A DNA stretch of 64,000 bases from Euprymna scolopes (Eukaryota). The notes under the pieces were generated by a model, which was given only the letters and a program-made list of their open reading frames with translations, was not told the origin of the DNA and did no database searches. A program made the translations under genes and the position numbers. Below are positions 1-13,323 of the stretch, one piece after another. Where the stretch lies: NCBI GenBank assembly GCA_053919585.1, contig CM132807.1, one strand, 5' to 3'. The first letter of the stretch is position 1, and every line of letters starts with the position of its first letter.

Positions 1-792
1 TCAATAATGATTAAACAAAGGTACCTTTTTTATTATGTGTTAAACTTACTTTGTAAACGTAACGTCAAGATTTGAACAGATTTAATTTCAATGTTCTTAA
101 TTGTTGTTTTTCCTGTACTAAATTATTTATTCCCTTATTGACACTTGTTTTTTTCACTTGTATTTCTAAATATTAAGCAAAACACGACAGAGTAAACATC
201 GGATCTGAAGTTATCTTTGACAAATATTTTGCGTGTTATTACATGCGATTAAATAACTATAAGTAAAACAACAAAAAATTGCTCATCAAATTGAACATTA
301 AATACATTAGAGGAAACAATTTAATTTTCATCTTTTTCGGGCCCTGTTTGTAAGTGAACTACCTTCAATATAACCGAGTCGACACTGCTATTTTACACGA
401 ACTAATGTTGATATAAAATCGATATTTGTCTATTATCATATATAATTCTGCATATAGAAGGAAAATCGCGAAAAGTATATAGTAAAATGAACGATTTCCA
501 ATCTTATACTCGTAGAATATTTCCATCTATGTAAAATATTATTTAAAATAAACCAGAAAACACTGGTAAAGGCTACAATCACATGATCATAAATTGTGAT
601 TTCTAATAAAATACGAAGTATAAAATATCTTCCTTCATCGAACCCGAAACGCCAAAGGATATCAATTTTATTTTCTCATATCTTAACTCATTTCCTTTTT
701 TCGTTGTAATAATTTCCTCCTTAAGAAAGGCATGGGTCGTTCCTTTCAAAACGCAACTATTTCGCGTTGTGTTTTAAATATACACTAAATTC

Positions 793-794
<2 letters not shown>

Positions 795-858
<64 letters not shown>
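795..858. repeat. (TA)n microsatellite
   Basis: TA run with one interruption; one of about 20 such tracts in the window. Confidence 0.95.
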
Positions 859-862
<4 letters not shown>

Positions 863-3359
863 TTGTAGATAAGATGGAGTTTTATAGATTATAATAATGC
901 GACGCTTACAGGCTTTTTGCAAAGAAATTCGGTGCAAAATGATAGAATTTTAATGTGTCCATTATATGCGACAATTCTCTTAATCTACTATATTATAAAA
1001 TTTAAGTACAGACTGACAAATGAGTGCAAGTCACAATCATATATTTTTCTCTCTGATTAAATACAGGGTAACCTATGATATGAATATCACCTGTCTGTAT
1101 GTATGTATGTATGTATGTATGTATATGACAGAGGCGACAGATGCATGGAAGATCGGTATCACTTTGGAGCTCAACGTCTTAGACGACAAATATCAAGAAA
1201 TGGCCGAAAAAAGTAATTCCTTCACGTATCACTCGGTCGTTTTGTACGAGGGAAGAGGTCGATAATTTAGCAAGACATCATCACCGTTGGATTAACTTCG
1301 TTTAATTTCAACGCTTTTTAATTCCAATAGCGTCATGGAGACGTCGGCTAAAACGTCAGAGTTTCTTTCGGTCTCTTGTCCGCCTTTGCGGCACGTGTAC
1401 CAGCCTGTCTGCTACCACTTTTTTCTAAACACACACCTGGAACCACCCTGCCAACGCGGGGAACACCAGATAGCCTATAACATAAATCTTTCCAGTCTGT
1501 TTTGATATGTGTATGTATGGATGCATGTCTGCCTAAAACTTTCGACATATGTGGCGGATTTTCACTAGATCAGCATCGTTCTTAAGCTCGACTTTTCGGA
1601 CGAAATATATTTTAAAAAAATGACTAAACAGATTAATTCCTACACTCTCAACTGGCCACTTTACTACAGGGAGGGATCGCTTTTTTCGACGATATTTTCG
1701 AAAGTTATCCCCTCCTTTTGATTGAATAGCCCTTATTTAAACCTTCACTACTTCTGCTCTGGCGATGGACGCAACGGCAAAGCCGTCACTCATTTCACGT
1801 TCTTTTTCTCCTTCACGGGTTCGAGTCTGCATGCCTACTAGCTTTTTTTTTGCTCCACATACACCTTCAAACACCCGGAAAATGCGGGCACCCAGGCGTG
1901 TATGGAATAACATTTTATCGGTATGAACTTTTATAGTTTTCTGCTGTCAAATAACGACTATCTTTAAATTTTTATACAGCGGTTTCCCACGTTCAAATAA
2001 TATGATTTCTTGAAGTAAGTTTAACGATAAAAGCTAAAAAATGCTGATCTCTAGTTCATATCAAAATTTAAAGATTCAACATCTCCAAACTTTACTTGAT
2101 TAAACCAATTAATATAATAATTTGAAGTAAATTTTTGCATTTCAAATAGAGCTTATAAATAAGTTAAAGTAATTTTGCCACACAAAAGATTTTACTGTAT
2201 GTGATATCTCTGCTGCAATTCCAGAGTGAGTCAAAATAAGACGCAGCGCAATACTCACCATTTTAAGTTATAATTCTTCGGTTTCATGTCAGGGACTCCG
2301 AGGGATTTTACTCAATATCGCACTGATAAGCATTTCTCCAGTAGTCTTATAATTCCCCGCAACAGAAATGTCCATTAATGTTGTCAATGACGAAGTTGTT
2401 CCAATATAAATGTCTTTGCGATTTAGTAGCTTGGTTTTTACATGGAAACTAAATCACATTATATTACTGGAAGAGAACTTGACATAATCAATCTTTCTTA
2501 AATAAGGGAAACACCACCTGATAGTTTTACGTCAACACATGATGTAACTGCGATAGGCAAGAATGACCGAATTTTAAACTTTTATTATTCAGCTCGTACA
2601 TATATGAATTACCTGTGAAAATTGGCCCCGAGATTTGTATATTTGCTGATAACAAACACTATAATAAACATAATGGGTAAAGTAATTGACACTACCTTGT
2701 GAAATGGGACTAAGGATGTATAGTAACAACCGATGTTGCCAAGCCTACGCAATTTGTCTTAAATATTTACAAGGGGTGTTCTACACATCTGAATAGCATG
2801 GCTAATTAAAAATACATGAAATCTCCTCGATCAAATTTGTCGACGTACCTTCTACCAGGAGCATAAATTGAAACAGATATATTGCGCGCATATCCCAGAG
2901 TAAAGCAAGGAAAATAATAATCCTATTAAATATAACTGGAATCACACTGATGTAGATCTAGCAGAACGGAAAACTTAGTGCATGCCATTAAGAAGGTGAT
3001 TTTTGCTGAGATGCTTGAATCCTTCCCTATTCAACACAGACTCCAGTAACTTTGTGAGACACAGCACACTTATTGACCTGTATTGAGAAGGAGACAAAAG
3101 ACCATCTGAATTCTAAAATACAGGGCATTCCGATGGGATTTTCTAGGGAGATGTGAAGCAATTCTCTTTAGGACAACGCTTAAATATATTTGTAAGTATG
3201 GGGGTAGTTACTTATTATTTATCAAAATGTGTTTTATCCATGAAAAGTTATGGCGAGGAAAATATTTATTTTGAATATTCATCGCGTTATATAAAAAAAT
3301 ACTCATTAAATCTTATTTATATAGAATTCCTATTATTGCTATAATATGCGTCATTTCGT

Positions 3360-5430
3360 AGCTTCTGTAAATACGATATAGTAACTGAATTGATTTCGTA
3401 GATTCATTTTCTATTCTGTGTAGAAGCACCGCTCCTAAACCGTATTCGCTCGCATCTGCCGCTACAAGTAAATCCTTCTGCGAATCGTAATGTGCAAGAT
3501 CCGATAACAAACGCATTTAATTTTTTGGAATGCTTATTCATATTCTTTTGTCCAGATCCTTTTTTATTCTTCTTCAATAACTCATTTAATGATTCTCGCA
3601 GTTCGTGTATATTTGGGATATTAGAATTATAGTAGTTTGCTAGACCCAAGGATGAGTGTAACTTCACGAAATTGTCTGGTCTAGGCATGCCTCTAATTGA
3701 TTCTGTCCTATTTGGGTTACTTCTTCTACATTTCCAATCAATTATTTGTCCCAAATATTCAAGCTTGTCCATACCAAAATTACATTGTTCGAGATCCAAT
3801 TTAAATCCGTAGTCTATTTTCTCGAATACCTTCCGAATATGTTTTTTTTATGTTTTTCTACATTTTTGCTTCCTATCAAAATGTCATCTCAATAAGCCAT
3901 TGCAAAATCCAACATGCTAGCATGTCATCCATAATTTGTTGGAATAAATTTGATGCTACTTTCAACCCAAAAAGCAATCGTTTTAGAGAAAATAATGCTT
4001 TATGAGTATTCATTGCCAGGTATTTAGAACAATCTTCGAGGAATTTTACCTGCACATATCCTTCTGATGAGTCAATTTTTGTGAAAATTCTTCCTCCATT
4101 TAACTTAGAAACTATTTCCTCAGGGTATGAAGTTGATAGTTATGATTCTTTAAGGAATCATTCGGTCCCGTCGAAAAATATCCCCATACCCTGATATTTT
4201 TCTTTTTCACATAAACTGTAGGTGATGCTCATTCAGAGTAGTCCACAGTTTTTATTACTCCGATTTCTTCGAGTCTATTGAATTCTTTCTCGATTGATTC
4301 TAATGCCGAATACGGAACCTTCCTTTTGGGTTTAAACACCGGTTTCGCTTCATCTTTCAGTTCAAATTCCGCTTCCATTTTAGTGCAGCAACAGACTTTT
4401 AGAAAATACATTTTTTAAAATCCTTCTTAAAATTCCTAAGAAATCTTCCTGGCAGTTTGGGGTTTCAGATCCTGTCACATTTACTCTTTTGAAAAATGAG
4501 TTTATTGGGTTCCCCCCAAAATTGAAAAGTATCACTAAATCTATACCGAATAGATTAGAATGTTTTCCCGTTATGACATACATTTTAGTTTTTACAGAGT
4601 GAAATTAGTATAAAATCCTCACTTAAATTTTTATCTATTTCCAGATATTGATATGTCAATTTTCTTTATATTTTTCAGCTTTGAAGAACACATTTTCTTC
4701 CGTATTGTTTCAGCAGTTAAGCATATCTCCCTTCCAGTATCGAAAAGTTTTCTATCCGGCCATTAATTCTAACTTCAATATAGCTCCTTTTTTACCATAC
4801 ATGCCCTCTTTTTTTAATATCAATGGTATTTATTTCAGGATTACAGTATTTCTTCTTTGTGCATACTCTTGACGCCATCAATTGTAGCATATTTTGCTTT
4901 TGTAAGTAGCACCCTTTGTGAAGTGATTCCTTCCTCCACACGTCTTGCAGTATTTATTTTTACATAGTAGTAACCTTGCTTTACTCTTTGTATTTTGTCA
5001 ACATTCTTCTCTTCGATAGTAGTGTTATTCTATTTAAAATCTAACAGATTCCGGCATTCCTAAGTAACTTTTTGTAAGGTTATTTCTATGCCTTGGTTCA
5101 TAATGGATAACATCCTAGAAGGAATCTCTTTATGCTTCGAGGCTGTTTACTCTTGCACAAATACCAAGCATTTAAATATGTACTTTTACAGGTCGTTTAA
5201 CTTAAGCAACGCGCATTGGACATTTACCCTCCCAGCATAGGCGATAAATCACAATTATCTTGTTTCAAAATATTTAAAAACCTATAAAGAGTAAATAAGC
5301 TACCCCGTTCCCTGAAAATGTTCGATCAAATTTCTATAGTCTCTTTAAAAGAAACCGCTTCGGGTTTCTTTGAGAATATAAAATCAGTATACTTAGCATT
5401 TTCATGGAAACCCAGTTTTTACAACCGTAA
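3360..5430 (-). mobile_element. Degenerate Ty3/Gypsy (Mag/Cer, K02A2.6-like) internal fragment: gag, protease, RT, start of RNase H; no LTRs seen
   Basis: Minus-strand motifs: gag FKCLVFVQ (~5150-5180); AEFELKDEAKPVFKPKRKVPY..IEKEFNRLEEIGVI; RT thumb LEYLGQII..LGLANYY; RNase [19 protein letters not shown]. Many stops and frameshifts. Confidence 0.9.
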
Positions 5431-5434
5431 AATG

Positions 5435-6396
5435 ATGCAGAATTTGGGGTTTTAAAGAATTCTCCTGGTAGGAAATTGTCGAGATGCTTGGAAAAGTGAT
5501 AATCGGTGGACTAGAAAACCGATCTATATTGGGGATGAGGCGGAGTCTCGTAGCTAAATTCTTCCAGCTTCTACAGTGTAAGTTGAGAAACATGCAGGCG
5601 AGTTTTGTCATAGAATAGAATGGGTCAATTATAATTGACTACTCAGGGTGCATTTTGTCAATATGTATTTTTCGCTGTAACCGTTTTGCTCGATATCAAG
5701 AAAACGTGGTGGATGAGATCGGGCATAGACCACTAAACAGTCGCCATAACTATAGTTTAATACAATTTCGGCTTCGGGATGTTTTAGAGCTTTGCTGGCA
5801 TCCAGCAACTGCCCGAAGGTAGTAGAGGATCCATTGCTCATCAAAAGTAACAATCCGCTGAAGAAATAGGTCGTTATTTTGCGCAGAATCAGGTGTTGTT
5901 GAATGTATGCTGCATTCATCCATACAACTTTTTAGACTTCATTTTGTGCAACCGAATGTTGAGTAGTCGATCTCGAGTCCAATAACTTTTGTTTGTTTTG
6001 CAAGGATATGTTTAAATTAAAGTTTCCAAATGTTTGTTATACAACTGCAGTCAGCCAGCGGCGTCTTTATTTAAGAGGCTCTCGTAATAATGGCATAATT
6101 TCTTGAACCACCGTTGTGCAACACGTTCGTTAGAGTTTCTGGGCCGAACCGTTTTCGGCCTAGTTTTAACTGGAGCAAGAAAATCGCGCGGGTTTGAATG
6201 TTGTCCATGCTCTCTAAAAGGCGGCAATGAATGAAGAAAAAGGTTGCGAACTATAACAGATAACACGATTCCAGAGAAGGAAAACGCCTTTAGCAATTAT
6301 GTATCACAAGGCTAAATATATCAATGAATTTATTCAGAAATTATGCATGAATTAAAATATGTGAGAAAACGATATTATTTTTGCACCAACATAATA
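5435..6396 (-). mobile_element. Degenerate mariner (cecropia/Hsmar1-like) DNA transposon, 3'-truncated
   Basis: 5' TIR TATTATGTTGGTGCAAAA ending at 6396; translated motifs ERVAQRWFKK, RIVTFDEQWILY, PILFYDKTRLHVSQ (HDNARPH), PPHPQYRSVF*STDYHFSKHLDNFL (HPPYSPDLAPSDY). Confidence 0.9.
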
Positions 6397-6761
6397 CAAG
6401 TGATTGTGTGTGTGTGTGCTTTACGTCTAAATCAAACTCCTCGCTGAATATTTAGTCTACACATTTGAATATTGATATATATTGGACTTAAGGTGGGGAA
6501 CACTTAAAATAAAGTTTCAGCTAGTAAAATTTCTGCTAAATTGTCTTAAATGCTAAAATGTTGACTTTGCAGGAGTAAATCGATTACTTTCTTATTATGC
6601 ATACGGATACATATTTAACTTGAAGTCACGAAATTTTAAAACTTTTTACCTTTGTGGATAGAACGAGATTGTTAACGATAAAGGCTGCAGGCAGAAATAA
6701 AAATGCATTGCTTCACTCCTAGTTGATAACACCGACACTTTCTGTTTTAACATTTACAACC

Positions 6762-6763
<2 letters not shown>

Positions 6764-6813
<50 letters not shown>
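6764..6813. repeat. (TA)n microsatellite
   Basis: Direct reading. Confidence 0.95.
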
Positions 6814-6817
<4 letters not shown>

Positions 6818-6844
6818 TACACTATAATAATAAATATGAAATAA

Positions 6845-6932
6845 ACTCTTGCTATACAGTCATAAGCATGTTTCGGTCAGCAGGTTGCGAATAACTAAAG
6901 AACTCGTCAGGTGATGCAGCTTATGCAAAAGC
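6845..6932 (-). ncRNA. Putative degenerate hammerhead ribozyme
   Basis: Minus strand reads gcataagctgcatcac-CTGACGA-gttc...gacc-GAAAC-atgcttatg; both core boxes intact and flanks partly complementary, but stem II and the cleavage triplet are imperfect. Confidence 0.4.
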
Positions 6933-7073
6933 AAAGTTTGCAATGAAAAAGCAGGTCTTATTTGTCACGAGAAATTAATATTGGGAGAATCTGCTAGATA
7001 TTGTTAAAAGTAAGAGCTGGCTGTATGAAAATAATACGCAATATCGTATGAATTTGAGAGCAATATATATATG

Positions 7074-7120
<47 letters not shown>

Positions 7121-7834
7121 ATTGGCAGTTTAAAAAAATTACATGCAAATGTTTATAATTACTTTAAAATAGAAACACTTACACTGTTTAATTTAAAATA
7201 GGAAAATTAAAGAAGTTAACTCATTATATACCGATTTTCTGTTAAGAGTATAATTTATTTGTTTAAAAATCCATTTGGCATAAGTGACGTTAGCCACACT
7301 TTAATGTATCGATGACTAACACTGTATATAAAGTAACATTTAAAAAAAAATTGAAACCTAATATTTAAATAGAAGTTTTGTTAACTTTTTACTGTGGCAA
7401 CTTACTATTCAGCACATTTCAAATTTCAATATTGCTGTCGAATTTTATTAAATAGAAATAAGGATATACATTAAAAATATTAACTCTCAATCGTGCTGCA
7501 GACGATCGCATAATTTCATACGAATAAATTTTGTCATTAGGTTCAATCAAAAATAAGTATATTGTGGCTTAAAACTCGCTGATTCCTCACATTATATATA
7601 ATACCCAATCTCGATTCATAACAAAACACATTTCGTATTATTAGGATTCGTCGGACTACTGTTCTCATTGTATATGATTACTTCAACGTCTCGGTTAATG
7701 TATCCTCCGCTTTTCTTCATTTAGATCTTGCCGACTATGAAATGTTTCTGTGGAAGTAGGGAATTTTTAATAGATTTCGAGCAGACTCTAAATTTCCTTC
7801 TGCTCTGGTAGACTCTACCTAATTTCAACACAAT

Positions 7835-8095
7835 ACGTTGAATGGCAATTATATAAATGTGTTTTGTATCGTAAAGACGTGATAGACCTTACGAGAAATT
7901 CAGCGAGAGATTAGAGAGACACGAGACCAAGAGTCGCCGACCACCCAGCTGACACCTACTCCACTGACAGTCTCCCAATGACTATACCAATAGACTCTAT
8001 GCCAATGTTGTGTATACTTTCTTGCTTCCAGTATATGTGTTCTACTTTATTTTGTGTGTAGTTATTTATTCTATGGGTTCAGCTTAGTTTCAACA
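7835..8095 (+). repeat. 5' LTR of Gypsy element (left boundary approximate)
   Basis: Aligns with 12639-12909 (cgtaaagacgt, gagagacacg, ccagc-gacacct, tgttctacttt, ttcaaca end). Confidence 0.8.
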
Positions 8096-11000
8096 ATGGC
8101 TGACAAATGCATCAAAACTTTATGATATTTAAAAGTCGCTAAATGACGACTAATTATTAATATATTTCCGTTCAGAAAAAAAATAAAATATATCGTAACA
8201 CTTACACCAGTTACTTTAAATTAAAAAAAAATCATCTGCAACGATAGCCCTTAAAACTGGATCGACGCCTAAAACTAACATAGAATTTAAACAGGCACAA
8301 CTACACCGAATAAAGTTTAAATAGGTAACGAACTTTAAATTTTTTTGTGTGTAATTCTATAGCAAGTATAATAAATCAAAATTGGAAGCGTTCTTGTTAA
8401 AATACATGAACAAAAGTGCAGTGAAATAATGAGGAACGAACAATGAACAATTTCTCACAAGAAGTTATAAAATTTCGTTTTTTTTGTTACAAGTAAAATA
8501 ATTCATACTTGCGGAGATTGAAAAAAATTAAATCGCCGATAGACTGTTCACAAAATATAAAATAATATGAAAGTTGATTATGACGGACTTACGGATGTCA
8601 AAAGCAAGACATTAAATAAACAATACATAAATTGGTTCAATTTTTTGGTTCGATATATTTTATATTTGTAGCTTAAACAAATTAAAAGTATATTGATTGT
8701 TGAATATACATTATTATCTAAACATAGAAGACTTCTCCAATGTGATAAGGGAATTATTCTAATCAAAGCAAGAAAATCAACGGCGTCAAAATTGAACAGT
8801 TTCCCCTTTTAATAATGAACAACATATAATGCAGCACAAATTTCAATGAAAAGCAAAACGAATAGATAGCTTTTTTTTAAAACTTGAAATCAGCAAAAAT
8901 TTAAAGAAACACAAGATAAAATACTAGATAAAACAAAAAAAAAACACTTCACACTCCTAGACTTACAGGACGAGAAATACCATAAACATTCCAAAAAGAA
9001 CAAAGGAAATTTCAAACCGAATTACACAAAGTAAGAAATGTCATGGTCTGAAAAAATGCAAAACAACCATTTAGAAATTCAATGATTAACCCTGGAAAAA
9101 TTAAACGACAACCTGGCAACTGAAGGCAATTCTACATATTCTAATAAAACCATATTTTAATTCGCGGGGAATTTTCAACTACGTACCGGACGAAGAGAAT
9201 ACGTTTCAATTGTATTATAAACATTATAAGATATTTTCTTCAAACTGAGAAAGCTGGTCGAACTCGAGAAAAGTCAGTCTATTACTAAGTAAACTAGGCA
9301 TAGCGTAAACCATCAATTTTGTAGATTTTATTCTACAAAGGAAAACAAATGAGTTTGAATTCTCGGAAACAGTTAAATTGGTAAAGGAGCTGTTTGAACC
9401 AAATATGTCGTTTTGGCATACGTGATTGTTATGCATGAATGTCTCTGAATCCGATAACCAGGATTACTTAACATATGCCTCCGTAATAAATATACATTGT
9501 GACAACTTCAGATTAGCATGGATTACGGTTAAGAATTTCAAATGCTTAATTTTTGCTCAAGGACTAGTATCAATTAAGAGTTCGGAAATAAAACAAATAG
9601 TTTTGTCTAAACTCTAATCTCAACAGAACTTTACCTTGCAGGAATTAACAGAGTAAGTTTAAAGAAAGATTCTCCAAAATCGAAGAAGCTGCTATTGCTT
9701 ATATTAAAGAATAAACATAACACTCAAAATAGTCATCAGCAAGCAATTTGCGAAAAAATCGGCATATTCTAAAAATAGACGAGAGGAATTATATAAAAAG
9801 AATGAGGATGAACGAAATGCCCCCCCCCCAATATATTTGAAGACGTGGCAACGAAAGACACTGCAAAGTATAATGTCCATTTAGAAATAAAAAAAGATGA
9901 TTCGTGTGCAGAAGAAAACATGAAAAAGTTAATGTTGTAAAACAAAATAATTTCATATCCGAATTAGAAAAACAAGTTCGAATATCAAATCAGACAGAGA
10001 TTTAAGAAAACATTTTACGACTGAAATATATAGAAAAATATTAAATTTCAACGCAATTCAGGAACAAACCTGATAATAATAGACTACAAAACATATGGAA
10101 GTATTTAAAGAGCCTTACGATAATAAAGTCAACAAAACTCGCCTGTATGGTAACTGAAATGAAAATGTACTATGAAGGTGAGGTTGAATTCACATGAAGT
10201 TAAAAAATGAAAGTTTTATTCTGAAAAACGGAGAAAACGCGTTGGAAACAGATTTCATTGAAACATTTGAATCGTGGTATTATTATATTTTATAAAAAAA
10301 TCCTTGGAATTTTCACATCTGGTTTGAAAGATTTAACAAGTTTGAAGACAAATCTGAGCTCCAGGAAAAACTATGCAAAATTTAAAAAGAAAACGTGGCC
10401 TTCTTTTCGAAGAAGTTTAAAAACTAAACGAATAACTTTATAGATTGGGAAAAATTGGAATTATATCGAAAGTGGAAACTAATGCATGGGCTGCTCTGAT
10501 TGTGTGCATATAAAAAAAATCCAAACCCAATCAGAGTCTTCACTGACTTTTCAACGAATTTGAACTCAGTGATTAAGGATTACCATTGGCCGTTGCTGAG
10601 TCCAGAGGAGGTTTTCAACAAGCTTAATGGCAAATATATATTTCCAAAAATCGAATTATCGGATGCCTATCTTCAACTTCCCGTCGAAGAGGAATGTTGT
10701 CAAGTTATAGGGATAAAAACTTGTAGAGGGTTATTAAATTCAAACGGCTTTCTTTTGTTATTAAAGTAGCACCTGCCATTTTTCAGTAACATGTGGACGT
10801 CATGTTGAGTGATTTGGAGTTTGCGTAAGACTAATATACTATATCATAGTAAGGAGCACAACAGTGGACGAACATTTAGAGCATCCCATTCAAGTATCAA
10901 AAAATCAGGGCATAGATGGCAAAAGGGCAAAGTGCGAATTTGGGTTGGAGGCAATTAACTAGGTTACATAATCAACGAAATGGAAGACGGCCAGATCCAA

Positions 11001-12638
11001 ACAGATTAATTGCAATGAGAGAGATGCCAGCGCTCTGCGTATCATTTTTGCCATAATAAAATTGCATAGATACATCTACGACAGGCATTTTGCTAGAAAC
11101 GGATCAAAAACCTCTGATCACAATCTTTGGTTCGGGGAAAAGTGAATTCGTTTATACGTAAAATTCTATGTTGAGATGGGGTACCATTGCTCTCAATTAT
11201 CACATTCCAATAAAGCATCTATCATCTAAAATCATATGTCAGTTTATCAAGACTCGTACATGTTAAAGAAAAAATTAGAAGAATCGATTATTGCAACTAG
11301 CAAAGCAGATTATGCATTAAGCATGATAAAAACATTGTAAGAGAACTTCCAGTTTAACTAAATTAAATCAAAAGGGAAACTGAAAATGATGATTTCATGT
11401 TAGACATAAAAAGCAACAGTATAAAAATGATAAAAAAGAAAAGGAGCTCAATTCAACATGTGACTGAGTTTAATTATATAGTAAGTGAGTAGTAGTTCCA
11501 AAACGGTTGCAGAAAAGAATGCTTTGGAACTTTTACCTGTGTCACCCAGGTATCAATAGAACAAAAAGTTTAATGCAGAGCTTTGTATATTGGAATGTTA
11601 TAGACGTGGATATCGCAAACCTGGTTTATCGATGTAAAGGGTGTGTGTTAGCAAGACGTATCATCCGTGAACAAGTTTACACATAGATGTTGTAGTAGAA
11701 GAATACTACTACTAGTTAAAAGTTGTAGCTTTACAAAATGGCCAGAAGTGCTACGCTCCAAGAAGCATACGACCAATATCACACCGATTTTTCTCCATTT
11801 AATATTTTCTCGGTTCAGTGTGCCAGAACGTATTGTGAACAACTATGGGAGGAAATTATCTCCTAAAGACATTGAGGATAACTGTGTGTTATACCAAATT
11901 AAAAAGAAAACACAGCAATTCCACCGTATCATTCGAGATCCAACGCGTCGGCGGAAAGATTTTTCCACACCTTAAAGCGCGCTCTGAAAAAAATCCTCAG
12001 GATTTCCAACGGGCAACGCGTTTTAGGAGTTTCTAATAGTGTACAGGGTTACGCCAAACCAGAAAACACTTTTAAACATGTCACCAGCTTAGCTTATGTG
12101 CGCCAGAAAAATTAAGACACTGTTCGAAAAAAAAGTCTTGTTGTCACAGAATATAGAAGAGAATACTAGGCTTACATCTAGAAAAACATTCATCTCTGGA
12201 GAGAAGGTATTTTTAAGTGCTACAAAAACAACGTTACGTTCTGGGAGCTGGGTATAGTTGCCAAGAGAATCGGTGATCTGATTTACATAATTAAAGAGCT
12301 TAAAATACTCAAAAAGGGGCCAACACCTGCTAAAAATGTTACTTACAAGAGCATGAAGAGGGTATACGGGATGACGTGAAAGATCACATAGAATTAATTT
12401 ATGAAACTGTTCAAGCGGAACGTTCGAATATGCTCCTGAACCGAGAAGATCCGGTTAGAAAGGAACGTTCCCGGACCCATTGAACGTTAATCCAACACGT
12501 AAACGCTATTAAAATAATATTAATTGGCATATTGATATAAAGTATGCGAATAGAGCCTACGAATAAAATACGCAATAATAATCATTCCATACATGAAGCT
12601 ATTTGAAATCCACAAGGAACTCCAAGCTTAGGAAGGGG

Positions 12639-12909
12639 TGTTGTGGCCGGATTTACATTCGTGGAGTGAATACTAGATAAGTATTGGTGGAACCGTAAAG
12701 ACGTTAGAGACCAACAAGAAACTCAGTGAGAGAGACACGGGATGGAGTTTCGACGACAAGCCAGCCGACACCTTCTCCAAGGACTGTTCCCCAATAACTA
12801 TATGAATGGATTCTATGTAAATATTGTGCATACTTTCTTTCAATCCATCTGTTCTACTTTCCTTTTGTGTTGTATGTATTTATTCCATGTGTTCAATCAA
12901 GCTTCAACA
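12639..12909 (+). repeat. 3' LTR of Gypsy element
   Basis: TGTTG...CAACA termini, preceded by a polypurine tract. Confidence 0.85.
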
Positions 12910-13105
12910 ACTTCATGAGAGTAACATGCACTTGCTCTGAAAGCCATGACTGAATAAGGAGATCTAAGTAATTTACAAAGGTATTTTTCGGTCGCCCACA
13001 CCTTAAAATATATCGTAATATCTATTTAAGATAAAAAAATCACACATTTGAGTAACTCGCAATCTATTTACAAAGAAATTTACGTCATTGTTAGCAATAC
13101 AGTTG

Positions 13106-13323
13106 TGTTGTAGGCCCGTGCTAGAGGGTACAGAGTGTATTAAATAGACTATGTATGTATCATAAAGAATACAGAATCCATTAAAGTGGTATGAGAGGAA
13201 CGTGTTCGTAGCATGCGGTTAAACATGCTATAAATATCTATTTAGTCGCTGAAACCAGTGGTATTCATAGGACTGGTTAATTTTACAAAGTTCTCAAATA
13301 GGGGTTATTTGTAACTCACAGCA
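13106..13323 (-). repeat. 3' LTR of minus-strand Gypsy
   Basis: TGTTG...CA termini, adjacent PPT, similarity to 17670-17847. Confidence 0.8.

Larger units (their letters stand above)
7835..12909 (+). mobile_element. Full-length but decayed Ty3/Gypsy (Mag/Cer-like) LTR retrotransposon
   Basis: Diverged LTR pair (~7835-8095, 12639-12909); PPT AGGAAGGGG before the 3' LTR; gag FKCLIFAQGL; RT IRVFTDFST..PKIELSDAYLQL; integrase HPGINRTK, FSRFSVPERIV; internal deletion near 11035 removes part of RT/RNase H. Confidence 0.9.
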
